Positions 1 to 10,390 of a stretch of 64,000 bases of DNA are shown here, piece by piece. The DNA is from a bacterium. Lineage in GTDB: Bacteria > Patescibacteriota > Minisyncoccia > UBA6257 > 02-FULL-45-10c. Within the stretch, counting starts at the first letter, position 1; the number at the start of each line of letters is the position of its first letter. A model generated the notes under the pieces. It was not told the origin of the DNA. It worked only from the letters and a program-made list of their open reading frames with translations, and searched no databases. The stretch lies in contig JAUYKI010000006.1 of the NCBI GenBank assembly GCA_030700025.1, positions 13,428 through 77,427 on the forward strand, read 5' to 3'. Made by a program: the position numbers and the translations under genes.

Positions 1-39
1 ACATCTGATATAAATTTCTAATGTCTAATTACTAATTCC

Positions 40-1392
40 TTAGGATTTATCTGGCGTGTGGTGCGGGTCAATATCCAGGAAAGAAGCTTTTTCCGGATCA
101 AATTTTAATTTTACGGTTCCGGTCGGGCCGTTTCGGTGCTTAGCGATAATTATTTCCGCGGTGTTTTCTTCTTCGGCGGTCGGGTTTATCCGGTCCTTGT
201 CCTTGCGGTAAATGAACAGCACCACGTCCGCGTCCTGTTCAATGGCGCCGGATTCGCGGAGGTCGGCTAGGCGGGGCCGTTTAACCTCCCGCTTGTCCAC
301 TTCGCGGGACAGCTGGGAAAGCGCCAGCACTGGCACGTTTAATTCCCTGGCCATAGATTTTAATCCGCGGGAAATTTCGGTAATTTGCTGGACCATGTTA
401 TCGGAATTGCCCCGCGGTTGAATCAGCTGTAAGTAGTCCACGATGACCAGGCTTAAGCCGTGTTCGGCTTGAAGCCGGCGGGCCATGGAGCGCATCTGGA
501 GAACAGTCGGCGACGGGGTGTCGTCAATAAAAATCGGCGCTCCGGAAAGGTTATCCAGGGCGTGCTGGATGAATTCAAAATCCTCGTCTTCTTTAAGTTT
601 GCCGGTCCGCAATCCCCAAAGAGGCACTTGCGCCTCCGTGGCAATTAAGCGGTCAACGACTTGTTCGCGGGACATTTCTATGGAAAATATGCCCACCGGC
701 AGTTTTTCTTTAACAGCGACATGCCGAGCGATATTCAGCGCCAAAGCGGTTTTACCTAGCGATGGCCGGGCGCCAAGAATAACCAAGTCTGATTTCTGAA
801 AACCGGACAATAGGCTATCCATTTGAGTAAATCCGGTGGGAACGCCGCGCAAGGCGCCTCCCTCGCGGTGAATCTGCTCCATTCTTTCGTAAGCTCCTTT
901 TAACTCGTTTTTTAACTCAACGAATTTTTGAGTGTAGGACCGCTGGGAGATATTGAATATTTTTTGTTCAATGGCGCCTAATAAATCTTCAACGTCATTA
1001 GTGTCGCCAAACGCGTTTTCGGTAATTTCCGCCGAAGTGCTGATTAAATCGCGGAGCACCTTTTTTTCTTTAACAATCCGGGCGTAGTGCTCAACGTGGG
1101 CGGAAGTCGGAACCGATTCAATTAATTTGCTTAAATAGGAAGATCCGCCAATTTCCTTAAGAGTTTGGTCGTTTTTTAATTTTTCCGAAACAGTTTTGAT
1201 GTCCACCGGCTCTCTTTTTTCGTAGAGCCTTAAGACCGCGTCATAAATTTTGCCGTGAGCGGGCTTATAAAAATCGTCCGGCAATAAAATATCCGCCACA
1301 TTGATGACGGCATTTTTATCCAGCATTAACGCGCCGAGAACAGATTGTTCAGCTTCCAGACTTTGCGGCGGGAGTTTTAATGATTTTGTCAT
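40..1392 (-). CDS. dnaB: Replicative DNA helicase DnaB
   Basis: N-terminal PPQSLEAEQSVLG, Walker A GARPSLGKT, IVDYLQL, LSQLSR, LRESGAIEQDAD, IAKHRNGPTG motifs. Confidence 0.98.
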   Translation of the reverse strand: MTKSLKLPPQSLEAEQSVLGALMLDKNAVINVADILLPDDFYKPAHGKIYDAVLRLYEKREPVDIKTVSEKLKNDQTLKEIGGSSYLSKLIESVPTSAHVEHYARIVKEKKVLRDLISTSAEITENAFGDTNDVEDLLGAIEQKIFNISQRSYTQKFVELKNELKGAYERMEQIHREGGALRGVPTGFTQMDSLLSGFQKSDLVILGARPSLGKTALALNIARHVAVKEKLPVGIFSIEMSREQVVDRLIATEAQVPLWGLRTGKLKEDEDFEFIQHALDNLSGAPIFIDDTPSPTVLQMRSMARRLQAEHGLSLVIVDYLQLIQPRGNSDNMVQQITEISRGLKSMARELNVPVLALSQLSREVDKREVKRPRLADLRESGAIEQDADVVLFIYRKDKDRINPTAEEENTAEIIIAKHRNGPTGTVKLKFDPEKASFLDIDPHHTPDKS

Positions 1393-1480
1393 TTGACTTA
1401 CAACTTATGACTTACGACCTACGACCTACGACCCGCGACGGCCGTAAATCCGGGTCGTTAGTCGTTTGTCGTTAGTCGTT
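1393..1480. repeat. 7-nt-period degenerate array forming an imperfect hairpin
   Basis: acttaca/acttatg/acttacg/acctacg/acctacg units, then complementary gtcgtta/gtcgttt/gtcgtta units; overlaps the cysS stop. Confidence 0.75.
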
Positions 1481-2861
1481 TTGAGTAAAGAAGCGGTCCT
1501 TTTCTTGTGTCTTCTATTAGATATCCTAACGCATCCATCTGTTTCCGCAAGGCATCTGATTGAACAAACTGTTTAGAAGTCCTGTATAATTCTCGTTGTT
1601 TGAGCAATTCCTGGATTTTGGGAGGAATTGCCAGGAATTTTTCCATTTGAATCCCGAAAATCGCGAATTTTTTCATTAAAAACCGCTTTACGAACTGCGC
1701 TTCGTCTTTTCGAAGGTCCCAAACCATCGGTTCCATCTGGTTGATGAGGAAAAACAGCGCGGAAATAGCGTCCGGCGTGTTAAAATCATCGGCTAGCGCC
1801 GCTTCAAAGTTTTTTTCCGCGCTTTTGGTAAGGCCGGTTACGTTTAGCCCGCTTTTTCCTTCCTCTTGCATTAATTCCAGCCGGACCAGGAAATTGCGGA
1901 GATTCATTAAGGCGCGTTCGGCTTGCCTGGCTAAATCCTCCTGGTAATCAATAGGGGAGCGGTAATAATGCGATAGCGCGATAAAACGCAGAGATTCCGG
2001 CGAAAACTTTTTCAGATAGCTTCGGATGGTAATAAAATTTCCCAGGCTCTTAGACATCTTTTTTCCTTCCACGGTCAGAAAGCCGGTGTGGACCCAGAGT
2101 TTTACAAACGGTTTTTTTCCGGAAGCGGATTCTTGCTGGGCGATTTCCGCTTCGTGGTGCGGAAATTTCAAATCCGCGGCCGCGCCGTGAATATCGTATT
2201 GCGGTCCGAAGAATTTTTCGGAAATGGCGGTGTCTTCAATATGCCAGCCGGGGCGTCCCGTTCCCCACGGGCTGGACCAGCTTGGTTCCCATTTTTGTTT
2301 TTTTAATTTCCAAAGCCCGAAATCAAAAACATCTTCTTTTTCCGGATCCGGTTCGGTCCGGTAGCCGGGGCGGAGTTCGTTTAAGTCCTGCTTGGATAAT
2401 TGGCCGTAGTTTTTAAACTTTTTTACCCGGAAATAAACTCCGGAAGAAATTTTATAGGCGAATTTCTTTTTTATCAGCTTTTTTATTTGGACGATAATTT
2501 CTTTAATGAATTGGCTGGCTGGGGCGTATTTAGTTACGCTGCTGACGTCCAGCGCCTTCATGTCTTCGTAGTAAGCCTTTTCAAATTGCTTGGCGACCTG
2601 GGCGGGCTTTTGTTTGCTTTGATGGGCGCGGTCAATGATTTTATCGTCAATGTCGGTAATGTTTTGCAGATAAAAAACCGGCTGTTTTTTATAGCGGAGA
2701 TAGCGCGCCAGCATATCAAAAGTCAGATAAACCCGGGCATGGCCGATATGGGAATAGTCGTAAACCGTCGGCCCGCAAACAAAAAGCCGTAAAGGCTTGC
2801 CCTTTTTCAGCTTAGGAAGTCTTTCCCGTTTTTTGGTTAAAGTATTATAAAGTTGAATCAT
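1458..2861 (-). CDS. cysS: Cysteinyl-tRNA synthetase
   Basis: CGPTVYDYSHIGH, GRPGWHIED, DLKFPHHEAE, KMSKSLGN. Confidence 0.98.
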   Translation of the reverse strand: MIQLYNTLTKKRERLPKLKKGKPLRLFVCGPTVYDYSHIGHARVYLTFDMLARYLRYKKQPVFYLQNITDIDDKIIDRAHQSKQKPAQVAKQFEKAYYEDMKALDVSSVTKYAPASQFIKEIIVQIKKLIKKKFAYKISSGVYFRVKKFKNYGQLSKQDLNELRPGYRTEPDPEKEDVFDFGLWKLKKQKWEPSWSSPWGTGRPGWHIEDTAISEKFFGPQYDIHGAAADLKFPHHEAEIAQQESASGKKPFVKLWVHTGFLTVEGKKMSKSLGNFITIRSYLKKFSPESLRFIALSHYYRSPIDYQEDLARQAERALMNLRNFLVRLELMQEEGKSGLNVTGLTKSAEKNFEAALADDFNTPDAISALFFLINQMEPMVWDLRKDEAQFVKRFLMKKFAIFGIQMEKFLAIPPKIQELLKQRELYRTSKQFVQSDALRKQMDALGYLIEDTRKGPLLYSKRLTTND

Positions 2862-2866
2862 ACAAA

Positions 2867-2957
2867 TCTAGAAAATAGAATCTAGAAAATAGAATCTAGA
2901 AATAAATTTATCGCCTAAATTCTTTTTAATTTCTATTTACTACTTACTATTTTCTAC
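2867..2957. repeat. 7-nt-period array (tctagaa/aatagaa ... ttctatt/tactatt)
   Basis: Directly visible tandem units between corA and cysS with a roughly complementary second arm. Confidence 0.7.
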
Positions 2958-2958
2958 G

Positions 2959-3864
2959 CTAGAGCCAGCCCTTTCTCTTAAACAGCGCTAATAAAAGTAT
3001 AGTAACTAATAGGACCAAAATAAAGGCGCTGATGAATCTAAGGGGATTGCTAAAGAATTGATTGACCGCTTCCAGATTAAAAAAGGAGGTAAAAATAATT
3101 ATCGGAAAAGTAAGAAAAGCCAGCACGGTAAATCGTTGCATAACCGCGTTGGTTTTGGCGCTTAAAAGCTGGGCGTTAGTTTGCTCCAGCGCGTCAATGG
3201 CCTCTTTAAAGTTATCCAAATATTGCATTACTTTCAGGTGATCGCCGCTTAAATCGGAAAGATAAACCGCCATTGGTTCGCCCCAGAATTTTATGCCGAC
3301 TTCTTTGAGCGATTGCAGAATGATTTCCTGCGGTTTGCTGATGATGCTGTAATCCAGAATGTCCCGCTTTAAATAAGAAATCCGCTCCAAAAGCCGGGCT
3401 TCTTTTCCGGCAAACAGCTCTTTGGTAATGCCGGACATATTTTCTTCCACGTGGCGGAGCTGGCGTTGGGCAAAAGATAAAACCTCTTCAATTATATAAT
3501 ACGTGAGCCGGCCGGTGTTTTCGTTGAGAGCGCGGTCTTTAAAATTAGGATCGTTGGTAAGATGGCGCCAAAAGTTATTCAAAGGCTCTAGGTCTTCATA
3601 GTGAACCGTGATTACTTTATCTTTGGTGATTAAAAAGTCCACTTCGGCCCGGCGGGAGCTTTTGGTGGCGTTGTCGTAGATTGGCAGGTGATAAGTAAGG
3701 AATAGATATTTATCATAAGGTTCTACGCGGGAACGGGCAGAGGGGTGGAGTAATTCATCCAATATAATCGGATGAAATTTGTGCTGTTTGCGGATAAACT
3801 CCACGTCCTTTTTGGTGGGGTTTAAAACGTCTATCCAGGTGAGCTGTCCCTTGATAATTCTCAT
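2959..3864 (-). CDS. corA: CorA-family Mg2+/Co2+ transporter
   Basis: WIDVLNP start, HPIILDE...RSRVE, two C-terminal TM helices after N..MQRFTV; GMN motif degenerate (FFN). Confidence 0.88.
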   Translation of the reverse strand: MRIIKGQLTWIDVLNPTKKDVEFIRKQHKFHPIILDELLHPSARSRVEPYDKYLFLTYHLPIYDNATKSSRRAEVDFLITKDKVITVHYEDLEPLNNFWRHLTNDPNFKDRALNENTGRLTYYIIEEVLSFAQRQLRHVEENMSGITKELFAGKEARLLERISYLKRDILDYSIISKPQEIILQSLKEVGIKFWGEPMAVYLSDLSGDHLKVMQYLDNFKEAIDALEQTNAQLLSAKTNAVMQRFTVLAFLTFPIIIFTSFFNLEAVNQFFSNPLRFISAFILVLLVTILLLALFKRKGWL

Positions 3865-3918
3865 TAAAATAATTATAACACAAATTCTTCTTTTTTAGCC
3901 TCAAGCAGTTTGCTTTTC

Positions 3919-4008
3919 GGAAACAGAACAGTTTTATTCCAGCGATAAAACTTTCTTCGCCCTCGGCGTATTTTGCGGTCCAAGCAAAATACGCCTGCGG
4001 GATGTTCC
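3919..4008 (-). repeat. 90-nt structured repeat, family A, copy 1
   Basis: Reverse complement of ggaacatcccgcaggcgtattttgcttggacc.caaaatacgccgagggcgaagaa...cgctgga...tgtttcc, matching five other copies. Confidence 0.95.
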
Positions 4009-4142
4009 TTAAAACAAACCGCTTTCGGCTAATCTCTTTTTAGAGAACAAAGTTTATAGTCCAGAATTAATTATTTTAATTTCGAGGCGGTTGGGGCGGA
4101 AAATAAAAATCCCCACCAGGCCAGGCCCGGTGGGGTAATTGT

Positions 4143-4403
4143 TCAGAAGCTTGCTCCGCGAGTTTCGTCCAGGGGCAGAAAGGTCGTGATGGCCCGGGCT
4201 TCAATGTCATACATCACTTTGATGTCCCGGCCCTTGAAGCGCAGAATCCAGACGCTGACCCGGAAATCGCTTCGAACCAGCGTTCCTTGCTCGTTGCGGA
4301 TCATTCCGATCAGCTGCTGGTATTGCCCTCGCTTGATTTCGAATCCGTATCTTTCCTGGCAGCGTCTTTTGGCGTGCTGATACTGGCGTCCGATTTCCGA
4401 CAT
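4143..4403 (-). CDS. Small basic hypothetical protein
   Basis: aggagg SD upstream, hairpin terminator at ~4105-4137; HAKRRCQERYG...ITTFL pattern loosely recalls small RelE/DUF4258-like folds. Confidence 0.6.
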   Translation of the reverse strand: MSEIGRQYQHAKRRCQERYGFEIKRGQYQQLIGMIRNEQGTLVRSDFRVSVWILRFKGRDIKVMYDIEARAITTFLPLDETRGASF

Positions 4404-4424
4404 TCCCGTCCTCCTTTGCTTTTT

Positions 4425-5075
4425 TTACGGCGCGTTAGCCCCGCCCTCGTTAGTCATAGCTTCTTCGCTTTCCGAAGTTTTTTCGAAGGATGCTGGCGGC
4501 GAATTTTTTCTCCTGGGCCAGAAAACTACCGCGGCAACTGAACCGTCTATCAGCGCGATCACGATTGGATAAATCACGATCGCGAATTTCCATTCTTCAA
4601 CAGCAAAAAGATTAAAGAGGGCGGAAATGACAAATAAAATCCAAGTGGGCTTATTTTCGCTTGCCGGGTCAAGATGGGCCTTTTTCAACGTTGGAATTAC
4701 TCCGATAACCGCGATAAAAAGATTTATCAATAGAACAATCAGCGGATCGTTTAGCATTAACCAGGTTGGAATGCTGATTCCGGCTCCGATTAGGCAGGCG
4801 ATATCCAGCTTGCTCCAGCCTCGTTCCCCGTATTTTACAGAAAGCGCGGCACTGGTTGTCGCGCCGATGGTAAAGCCAATCGGCACCCAAATGGTTTCTT
4901 TTGCTCCGGAAGCGTAATAGCTTGCCAGCGTCAGGATATCTTGAATGGCCCAGATAAACCAAGTTGCCCGGCTGGGGCGAGTTTGATTCTTGAGAATGCT
5001 GATGACGTAGGGGATAAAAGCGGCAAGGGCTAAGATGCCTGCCGCTATGCCAGCAATCGCTGTTAGCTTTGGCAT
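4425..5075 (-). CDS. Multi-pass membrane protein (PQ-loop-like duplicated repeat)
   Basis: Two similar halves (AFIPYVISILK..TRPS / GVIPTLKKAH..PASE), ~6-7 TM. Confidence 0.75.
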   Translation of the reverse strand: MPKLTAIAGIAAGILALAAFIPYVISILKNQTRPSRATWFIWAIQDILTLASYYASGAKETIWVPIGFTIGATTSAALSVKYGERGWSKLDIACLIGAGISIPTWLMLNDPLIVLLINLFIAVIGVIPTLKKAHLDPASENKPTWILFVISALFNLFAVEEWKFAIVIYPIVIALIDGSVAAVVFWPRRKNSPPASFEKTSESEEAMTNEGGANAP

Positions 5076-5112
5076 CTTGCCCTTCTTGTTGGTAAAGAAC
5101 TTTACTGCGTTT

Positions 5113-5141
5113 AGTATACCATAAAATAATTAAGATGTCAA
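5113..5141 (-). promoter_or_regulatory. Sigma70-type promoter
   Basis: TTGACA-17 nt-TATACT on the minus strand upstream of 4425..5075. Confidence 0.75.
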
Positions 5142-5410
5142 AAATTACCCCGGCACTAATTTTGCGGGTCACACACGGCGAAACGCTTCGCCCAATAAGG
5201 GGTGGGCTTATTCAGCCCTCGCGTTTCGCAAGAGAATATCCTTTATCTTTAATAATACTTATTCTTTATTCATATACCGCGGCAAAATTAGCGCGGGGTC
5301 TAAGATTTTCTAATAAATTTTGTTCGCCTACGGCTTCAAAATTTTAAGAAAATCTAAGAAAAAACCCCCCGAGTTGAATCGGGGGGAAGCAATTGAGGCT
5401 TGCTTACGCC

Positions 5411-5710
5411 TTAAATCTCCCAGTCGGCTTTCAGTTTTGCCTGTTGCTCGAGGTACTCCTGTTCCGGAATGATCCAGGCGCCGCTTTCCCAGGCGCAGCC
5501 GTTCTCTTCCGAATATCCGCTGTCGGCGCGCTGGGGCAGATCCTCCGTGAACGTTTGGATTTCGGGCAGGAACTGATGCAGGTCCGGAGTCGTGGGGCCG
5601 TACTCGGCGTCGTTGTTGAGGTCGACGCTGTAAGGCACGATTTCGCCGTTGTCTCTGAAATTGCAGACAACTCCGGCTCCGGCGAGGCAGAGAATCAGCA
5701 GAATCTTCAT
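5411..5710 (-). CDS. Hypothetical secreted protein
   Basis: aaggagg SD, hydrophobic N-terminal signal MKILLILCLAGAG, follows 5721..6371. Confidence 0.6.
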   Translation of the reverse strand: MKILLILCLAGAGVVCNFRDNGEIVPYSVDLNNDAEYGPTTPDLHQFLPEIQTFTEDLPQRADSGYSEENGCAWESGAWIIPEQEYLEQQAKLKADWEI

Positions 5711-5720
5711 GGTATCCTCC

Positions 5721-6371
5721 TTAAACAGTTAGCCAGGCGATAGTGACGAGAATCCAACTGGTTTCATTTCCGATTTCGTTGAGCGCCATTCCTTTGCGGT
5801 TCCGATCCCAGCCGGCTTCCTTAATGGAAAACCAGATCTGGAGAATTCGGCTGACAGTGAGGATGTGGAATATCACGACCATTACGCCGGATACTCCCGC
5901 TCCGCCAACTATCAGGATTTTGCACGCCATCAAAATGTTCGCTGGCGTCCGCGTCCAGAGAATGAGCCAACCTTTTACGATCGGATCGGTGGCTGTCAGG
6001 TTTTTCTTTCTCGCGACCATAAGCGTCGCGCTAATCCCGATCAGCACCAGAACTGCCGTAATGTTATCGTAACGATCCCAGACATTCTTTTCTTTGATCA
6101 GAACCAATCCGATCAGCAGGGAATAGATGACTACTCCCAGCGCCATGATCGCGATGATCTGCAAAGTTACCCGGCTAGGCTGCGCTTTGTGGGCGCGGAC
6201 CGCAAGGTAAAGATTTGCGATAACCACGATCTCCGCGAACAGAAACATGCTGGTGCTCACTCCTTGAGTGGAGGAGAGCATCCGGACGAACTGGCTCGCT
6301 CCGAAGACGATCCCGAGGATGAACTGGAACCAGAAAAGCAGGTCCGCAGTCATCGTCTTTTTCGTAGACAT
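5721..6371 (-). CDS. Multi-pass membrane protein
   Basis: aaggagg SD, ~7 hydrophobic segments; TTGACA-17-TATACT promoter at ~6472-6500 (minus). Confidence 0.75.
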   Translation of the reverse strand: MSTKKTMTADLLFWFQFILGIVFGASQFVRMLSSTQGVSTSMFLFAEIVVIANLYLAVRAHKAQPSRVTLQIIAIMALGVVIYSLLIGLVLIKEKNVWDRYDNITAVLVLIGISATLMVARKKNLTATDPIVKGWLILWTRTPANILMACKILIVGGAGVSGVMVVIFHILTVSRILQIWFSIKEAGWDRNRKGMALNEIGNETSWILVTIAWLTV

Positions 6372-6548
6372 GGCGCAGACCTCCTTGCCCGTCCGTAGTC
6401 TCGCGAAGCGAGACGTAGGAGGGCTTTTGTGTATTTTTAATGCCGATTTTCAAGGTGCTTCAACTATATATAGTATAGCATATTTATGGATATGTGTCAA
6501 GTTAAAGCGGAAAAATAAATAGCCCCCGACTAAGGTCGGGGGCGGGAG

Positions 6549-6917
6549 TTATTTGATTCTCGGCTCGTGGTCAATCCAGAGGCCGAAGATGTACGCGCCA
6601 GTTGTATATGCCAGCTGGTTTTTTTCGATATGCCAATTCGTGACTTTGAGATTCGGATGCGTTTTTTCAAAAGTATCTAAAATCGTCAGAATAACATTGG
6701 CAACATCGGCCGGCCTACGACGGTCAAGGTTTAGGGGAAGGTAGGTGTGGTTGCCGACAGTTATGGCAACATTAAAATTGATTTTCGGCTGAGTTACGGT
6801 TTTGGTTTCGTTCTGAATTACGCTGGGAGCGGATTCGTTTTTGTTGCATCCGGTCGTCAGCGTCATAGCGATTGCCCATCCTGCCAGTAAGGTCGGGAAT
6901 GCAAATTTCTTTATCAC
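6549..6917 (-). CDS. Putative lipoprotein
   Basis: aaggagg SD, signal peptide ending in lipobox-like TTGC. Confidence 0.7.
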   Translation of the reverse strand: MIKKFAFPTLLAGWAIAMTLTTGCNKNESAPSVIQNETKTVTQPKINFNVAITVGNHTYLPLNLDRRRPADVANVILTILDTFEKTHPNLKVTNWHIEKNQLAYTTGAYIFGLWIDHEPRIK

Positions 6918-7031
6918 GATAAACCTCCTTTTGGTTTTTCAAGGGACTCGAACCTAGATATCTTAGCATATAGCTACTTAATAGTCAAGAGAGTGCTAAT
7001 CTTTGACTTATTTTAAATAAATCAAGGCAGA

Positions 7032-7058
7032 TTAGCACTCTCTTGACACGAGTGCTAA
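7032..7058 (+). promoter_or_regulatory. CIRCE element (HrcA operator) overlapping a sigma70 promoter
   Basis: TTAGCACTC-N9-GAGTGCTAA exact match; TTGACA 7043-7048 and TATAAT 7065-7070. Confidence 0.95.
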
Positions 7059-7081
7059 CTGCGATATAATTCCAAGTATGA

Positions 7082-7206
7082 ATCCCACACATAACAAAGA
7101 CCCTAAGATAATTAAACTATAACTATGATATTTAAATCAAAATGTCGCATTAAACTAAAAGGCAAGGATTCGCGAAAAGATTCGCAGTCTTTGTTATGTG
7201 TGGGAT
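7082..7206. mobile_element. MITE-like unit with 20-bp terminal inverted repeats
   Basis: atcccacacataacaaagac ... gtctttgttatgtgtgggat; related units at 11475 and 44392. Confidence 0.7.
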
Positions 7207-7915
7207 GAACATTCGGACCCAATCAATTTTAGAAGCCGCGATTAAGGAATATATCAAAAGCGGCGAGCCGATTAGCTCCAAAGAATTGGCGCGCAAATAT
7301 GGTTTTGGCGTGAAAGACGCCACTATCCGCGCGGAATTAAACCAGCTTACGAAAGAGGGTTTTTTGGAACAACAGCACACTTCCGGCGGACGGGTGCCGA
7401 CCGACCGGGGTTATCAGCTTTTTGTCGGCAATACTTTAAGCAATGTCATGACTTCTCGTCAGATTTTAAAGGGCCATTATGGCTTATTGGCGGAAGATTT
7501 GCGGAAAGGCCATTTGCGGGATTTCGTGGAGGGCTTTGCGGAAGAAGCTAAATTGCTCGGCGCCGGGCATAAAAATATGGAACCGCAAGTTTTTAAATCC
7601 GGGCTGAATGATTTATTCGCGAAGCTGGATTTAAGCGCCAAAAAAGAATTTCAGGAAATTGTGGAAGATTTTGATATGCTGGATAAGCGCCTGCATCAAT
7701 GGGGGAGCAGGGTTTTTAAAATGCCCCAGGTATTTATCGGAAAGAAAAGCCCGATTACCAAAAGCCAGAACTTGTCGGTAATTATGGATAGTTATAATGT
7801 AGGCGGGAATAAATTCTTGATTGCCATGATCGGCCCGAAGCGGATGGAATACGATAAAAATTTGAACCTGTTTAAATTATTAAGAAAAGCATTAGAAAAT
7901 TCATCTAATTCCTAA
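7205..7915 (+). CDS. hrcA: Heat-inducible transcription repressor HrcA (short form)
   Basis: EYIKSGEPISS, ATIRAEL..L...GFLEQQHTSGGRVPTDRGY, IGPKRMEY; CIRCE upstream; start placed at ATG 7205. Confidence 0.92.
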   Translation: MNIRTQSILEAAIKEYIKSGEPISSKELARKYGFGVKDATIRAELNQLTKEGFLEQQHTSGGRVPTDRGYQLFVGNTLSNVMTSRQILKGHYGLLAEDLRKGHLRDFVEGFAEEAKLLGAGHKNMEPQVFKSGLNDLFAKLDLSAKKEFQEIVEDFDMLDKRLHQWGSRVFKMPQVFIGKKSPITKSQNLSVIMDSYNVGGNKFLIAMIGPKRMEYDKNLNLFKLLRKALENSSNS

Positions 7916-8032
7916 TTCACCTAATTTCTAATAAAATTATTAATGATTAAATGACCAAATAATTTTTTTTACATTAGGCATTATATATTGGACATTTTAT
8001 TAGAAAATAGAAATTAGATATTAGGAATTTTA
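7905..8032. repeat. 7-nt-period hairpin array (ctaattc ... attagaa)
   Basis: ctaattc/ctaattt units followed by attagaa/aatagaa/attagat/attagga units between hrcA and grpE. Confidence 0.7.
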
Positions 8033-8038
8033 AATACT

Positions 8039-8527
8039 ATGGATAATCAAAAACCACAAGTTAATATTGAAGATTTAGTAAAAGAGCTGGAACAATGTAA
8101 GAAAGAAAAAGAAGAATATCTGAACGGCTGGAAGCGGGCTAAAGCGGACTTTATCAATTATCAAAAAGACGAAACGAAACGGATAGACGAAGTAATGAAG
8201 TTTAGTAATGAGATGCTGATTCGGGAATTATTGCCGGTTTTAGATAGTTTTCAGCTTTCGCTGTCCGTTATGGCCAGCCCGGCCAGGGAAGACGCGGGCG
8301 CCAGAAGGGGGGTAGAAATTATTCAGTCGCAATTTGAGGATATTTTAAAAAAACACGGATTAGAACCGATTAAAGCGCTGGGGAGTAAATTTGATCCGAG
8401 TTTGCACGAAGCCGTGGAAGAAGCGGAGTCCGATAAGGAATCAGGAACAGTTATAGAAGAATTAACCAGGGGCTGGAAATTACACGGAAGGGTCATCCGT
8501 CCAGCGAGAGTAAAAATTGCTAAATAA
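8039..8527 (+). CDS. grpE: Nucleotide exchange factor GrpE
   Basis: RAKADFINY, FDPSLHEAV, GWKLHGRVIRPARV. Confidence 0.96.
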   Translation: MDNQKPQVNIEDLVKELEQCKKEKEEYLNGWKRAKADFINYQKDETKRIDEVMKFSNEMLIRELLPVLDSFQLSLSVMASPAREDAGARRGVEIIQSQFEDILKKHGLEPIKALGSKFDPSLHEAVEEAESDKESGTVIEELTRGWKLHGRVIRPARVKIAK

Positions 8528-8533
8528 AATTAT

Positions 8534-10390
8534 ATGCCAAAAATTATAGGAATAGATTTAGGAACAACTAATTCGGCGGTCGCGGTGGTGGAAGGCGGCG
8601 AGCCGAAAATTTTAGAAAACGCGGAGGGCAACCGGACTACGCCTTCTATTGTGGCGGTCAGCAAGGCCGGCGAACGGCTAGTGGGATTATTGGCAAAACG
8701 CCAGGCGGTTACTAATCCGAAGAATACGATTTCTTCGGTAAAGCGGTTAATTGGACGGAAGTTCAGCGATCCGGAAGTGCAAGGAGACAGAAAATGGCTT
8801 CCGTATGAAATGAAAGAAGCGTCCAATGGCGGAGTGTCCATTAAATTCGGAGATTCCTGGCTTACGCCGGAGGAAATTTCGGCCATGGTTTTGGCCAAAT
8901 TGAAAGCGGATGCCGAAGCGAAATTAGGAGAGAAAATTGAAGAAGCGGTAATTACGGTGCCGGCTTATTTTGACGACAGCCAGCGGCAGGCCACGAAAAA
9001 TGCCGGAGAAATCGCCGGCTTGAAAGTCCGCCGGATTATCAACGAACCAACAGCCGCGGCTTTGGCGTACGGCTTTAATAAAAAGAAAAATGAAAAAATT
9101 GTAGTTTATGATTTTGGCGGCGGCACTTTTGACGTTTCGGTTCTGGAAGTGGCGGAAGATACGGTAGAAGTGAAATCCACCGGCGGAGACACCCATTTGG
9201 GCGGAGATGATTTTGATAAAAAAATTAATGAGTATTTAGTTTCCGAATATAAAAAGCAGGAGGGCGTGGATGTTTCCAAAGATCCATTGGCGCTTCAGCG
9301 CCTGCGGGAAGCGGCGGAGCGGGCTAAGCACGAATTGTCCACTTCGGCGGAAACCGAAATCAATCTTCCTTATATTACTTCGGACGCTTCCGGCCCGAAA
9401 CATTTCTTATTGAAATTAACTAGGGCAAAATTAGAAGACTTGGTTAAGGATTATATTGACCGGTCGGTTGAATTGACTTTAAAAACCGTTAAAGAAGCCG
9501 GTTTTGAATTAAAGGATATTAATGAATTGATTTTAGTCGGCGGACAGACCCGGATGCCGGCAATCCAGCAGGCGGTGAAAAAAGCTTTTGGCAAAGAGCC
9601 GCATTTGGGCGTGAATCCGGACGAAGTGGTAGCGATAGGAGCGGCAGTGCAGGCCGGAGTTTTTCAGGGCGACGTAAAAGACGTTTTGCTTTTGGACGTG
9701 ACTCCGCTTTCCGTAGGATTGGAAACTCTCGGAGGGATATTTACCCGTTTAATTGAAAAAAATACTACTGTTCCGACTACCAAGTCTCAAGTTTTTTCTA
9801 CTGCTTCGGACAGCCAAACTTCGGTGGAAATCCATGTGCTTCAGGGAGAGCGGGAAATGGCTGGAGATAATAAAACTCTGGCGCGGTTTATTTTAGACGG
9901 CATTCCGCCGTCGCCAAGAGGAGTTCCGCAGGTGGAAGTTACTTTTGATATTGATTCCAACGGCATTTTAAATGTTTCCGCGAAAGATAAAGCCACCGGC
10001 AAAAGCCAGTCGGTCCGGATTGAGGCGAGCACCAGTTTGTCCAAAGAAGAAGTGGAGCGTTTGAAAAATGAGGCGGCAAAAAATCAGGCGGAAGACAAGC
10101 AAAAACGGGAAACTGTGGAAGCTAAGAATAACGCCGAGAGTTTAATTTATCTCGCGGAAAAATCCGTTAAGGAGGCCGGAGAAAAAGTTAGCGAAGACAT
10201 TAAAAAGTTGGTTCAGGAAAAAGTGGATGCTTTGAAATCCGTTAAAGATGGCAATGACGTTCAGAAAATCCAATCGGCCGCGCAAGAGCTTTCTACAGAA
10301 GTGCAGAAAATCGGGCAGGCGATGTATAAAAACGAAAAATCCGAAGAACCAAAAACTGACGACCCGCAGCCCCCGGTGGAAAATAAATAA
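8534..10390 (+). CDS. dnaK: Chaperone DnaK (Hsp70)
   Basis: [32 protein letters not shown]. Confidence 0.99.
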   Translation: MPKIIGIDLGTTNSAVAVVEGGEPKILENAEGNRTTPSIVAVSKAGERLVGLLAKRQAVTNPKNTISSVKRLIGRKFSDPEVQGDRKWLPYEMKEASNGGVSIKFGDSWLTPEEISAMVLAKLKADAEAKLGEKIEEAVITVPAYFDDSQRQATKNAGEIAGLKVRRIINEPTAAALAYGFNKKKNEKIVVYDFGGGTFDVSVLEVAEDTVEVKSTGGDTHLGGDDFDKKINEYLVSEYKKQEGVDVSKDPLALQRLREAAERAKHELSTSAETEINLPYITSDASGPKHFLLKLTRAKLEDLVKDYIDRSVELTLKTVKEAGFELKDINELILVGGQTRMPAIQQAVKKAFGKEPHLGVNPDEVVAIGAAVQAGVFQGDVKDVLLLDVTPLSVGLETLGGIFTRLIEKNTTVPTTKSQVFSTASDSQTSVEIHVLQGEREMAGDNKTLARFILDGIPPSPRGVPQVEVTFDIDSNGILNVSAKDKATGKSQSVRIEASTSLSKEEVERLKNEAAKNQAEDKQKRETVEAKNNAESLIYLAEKSVKEAGEKVSEDIKKLVQEKVDALKSVKDGNDVQKIQSAAQELSTEVQKIGQAMYKNEKSEEPKTDDPQPPVENK

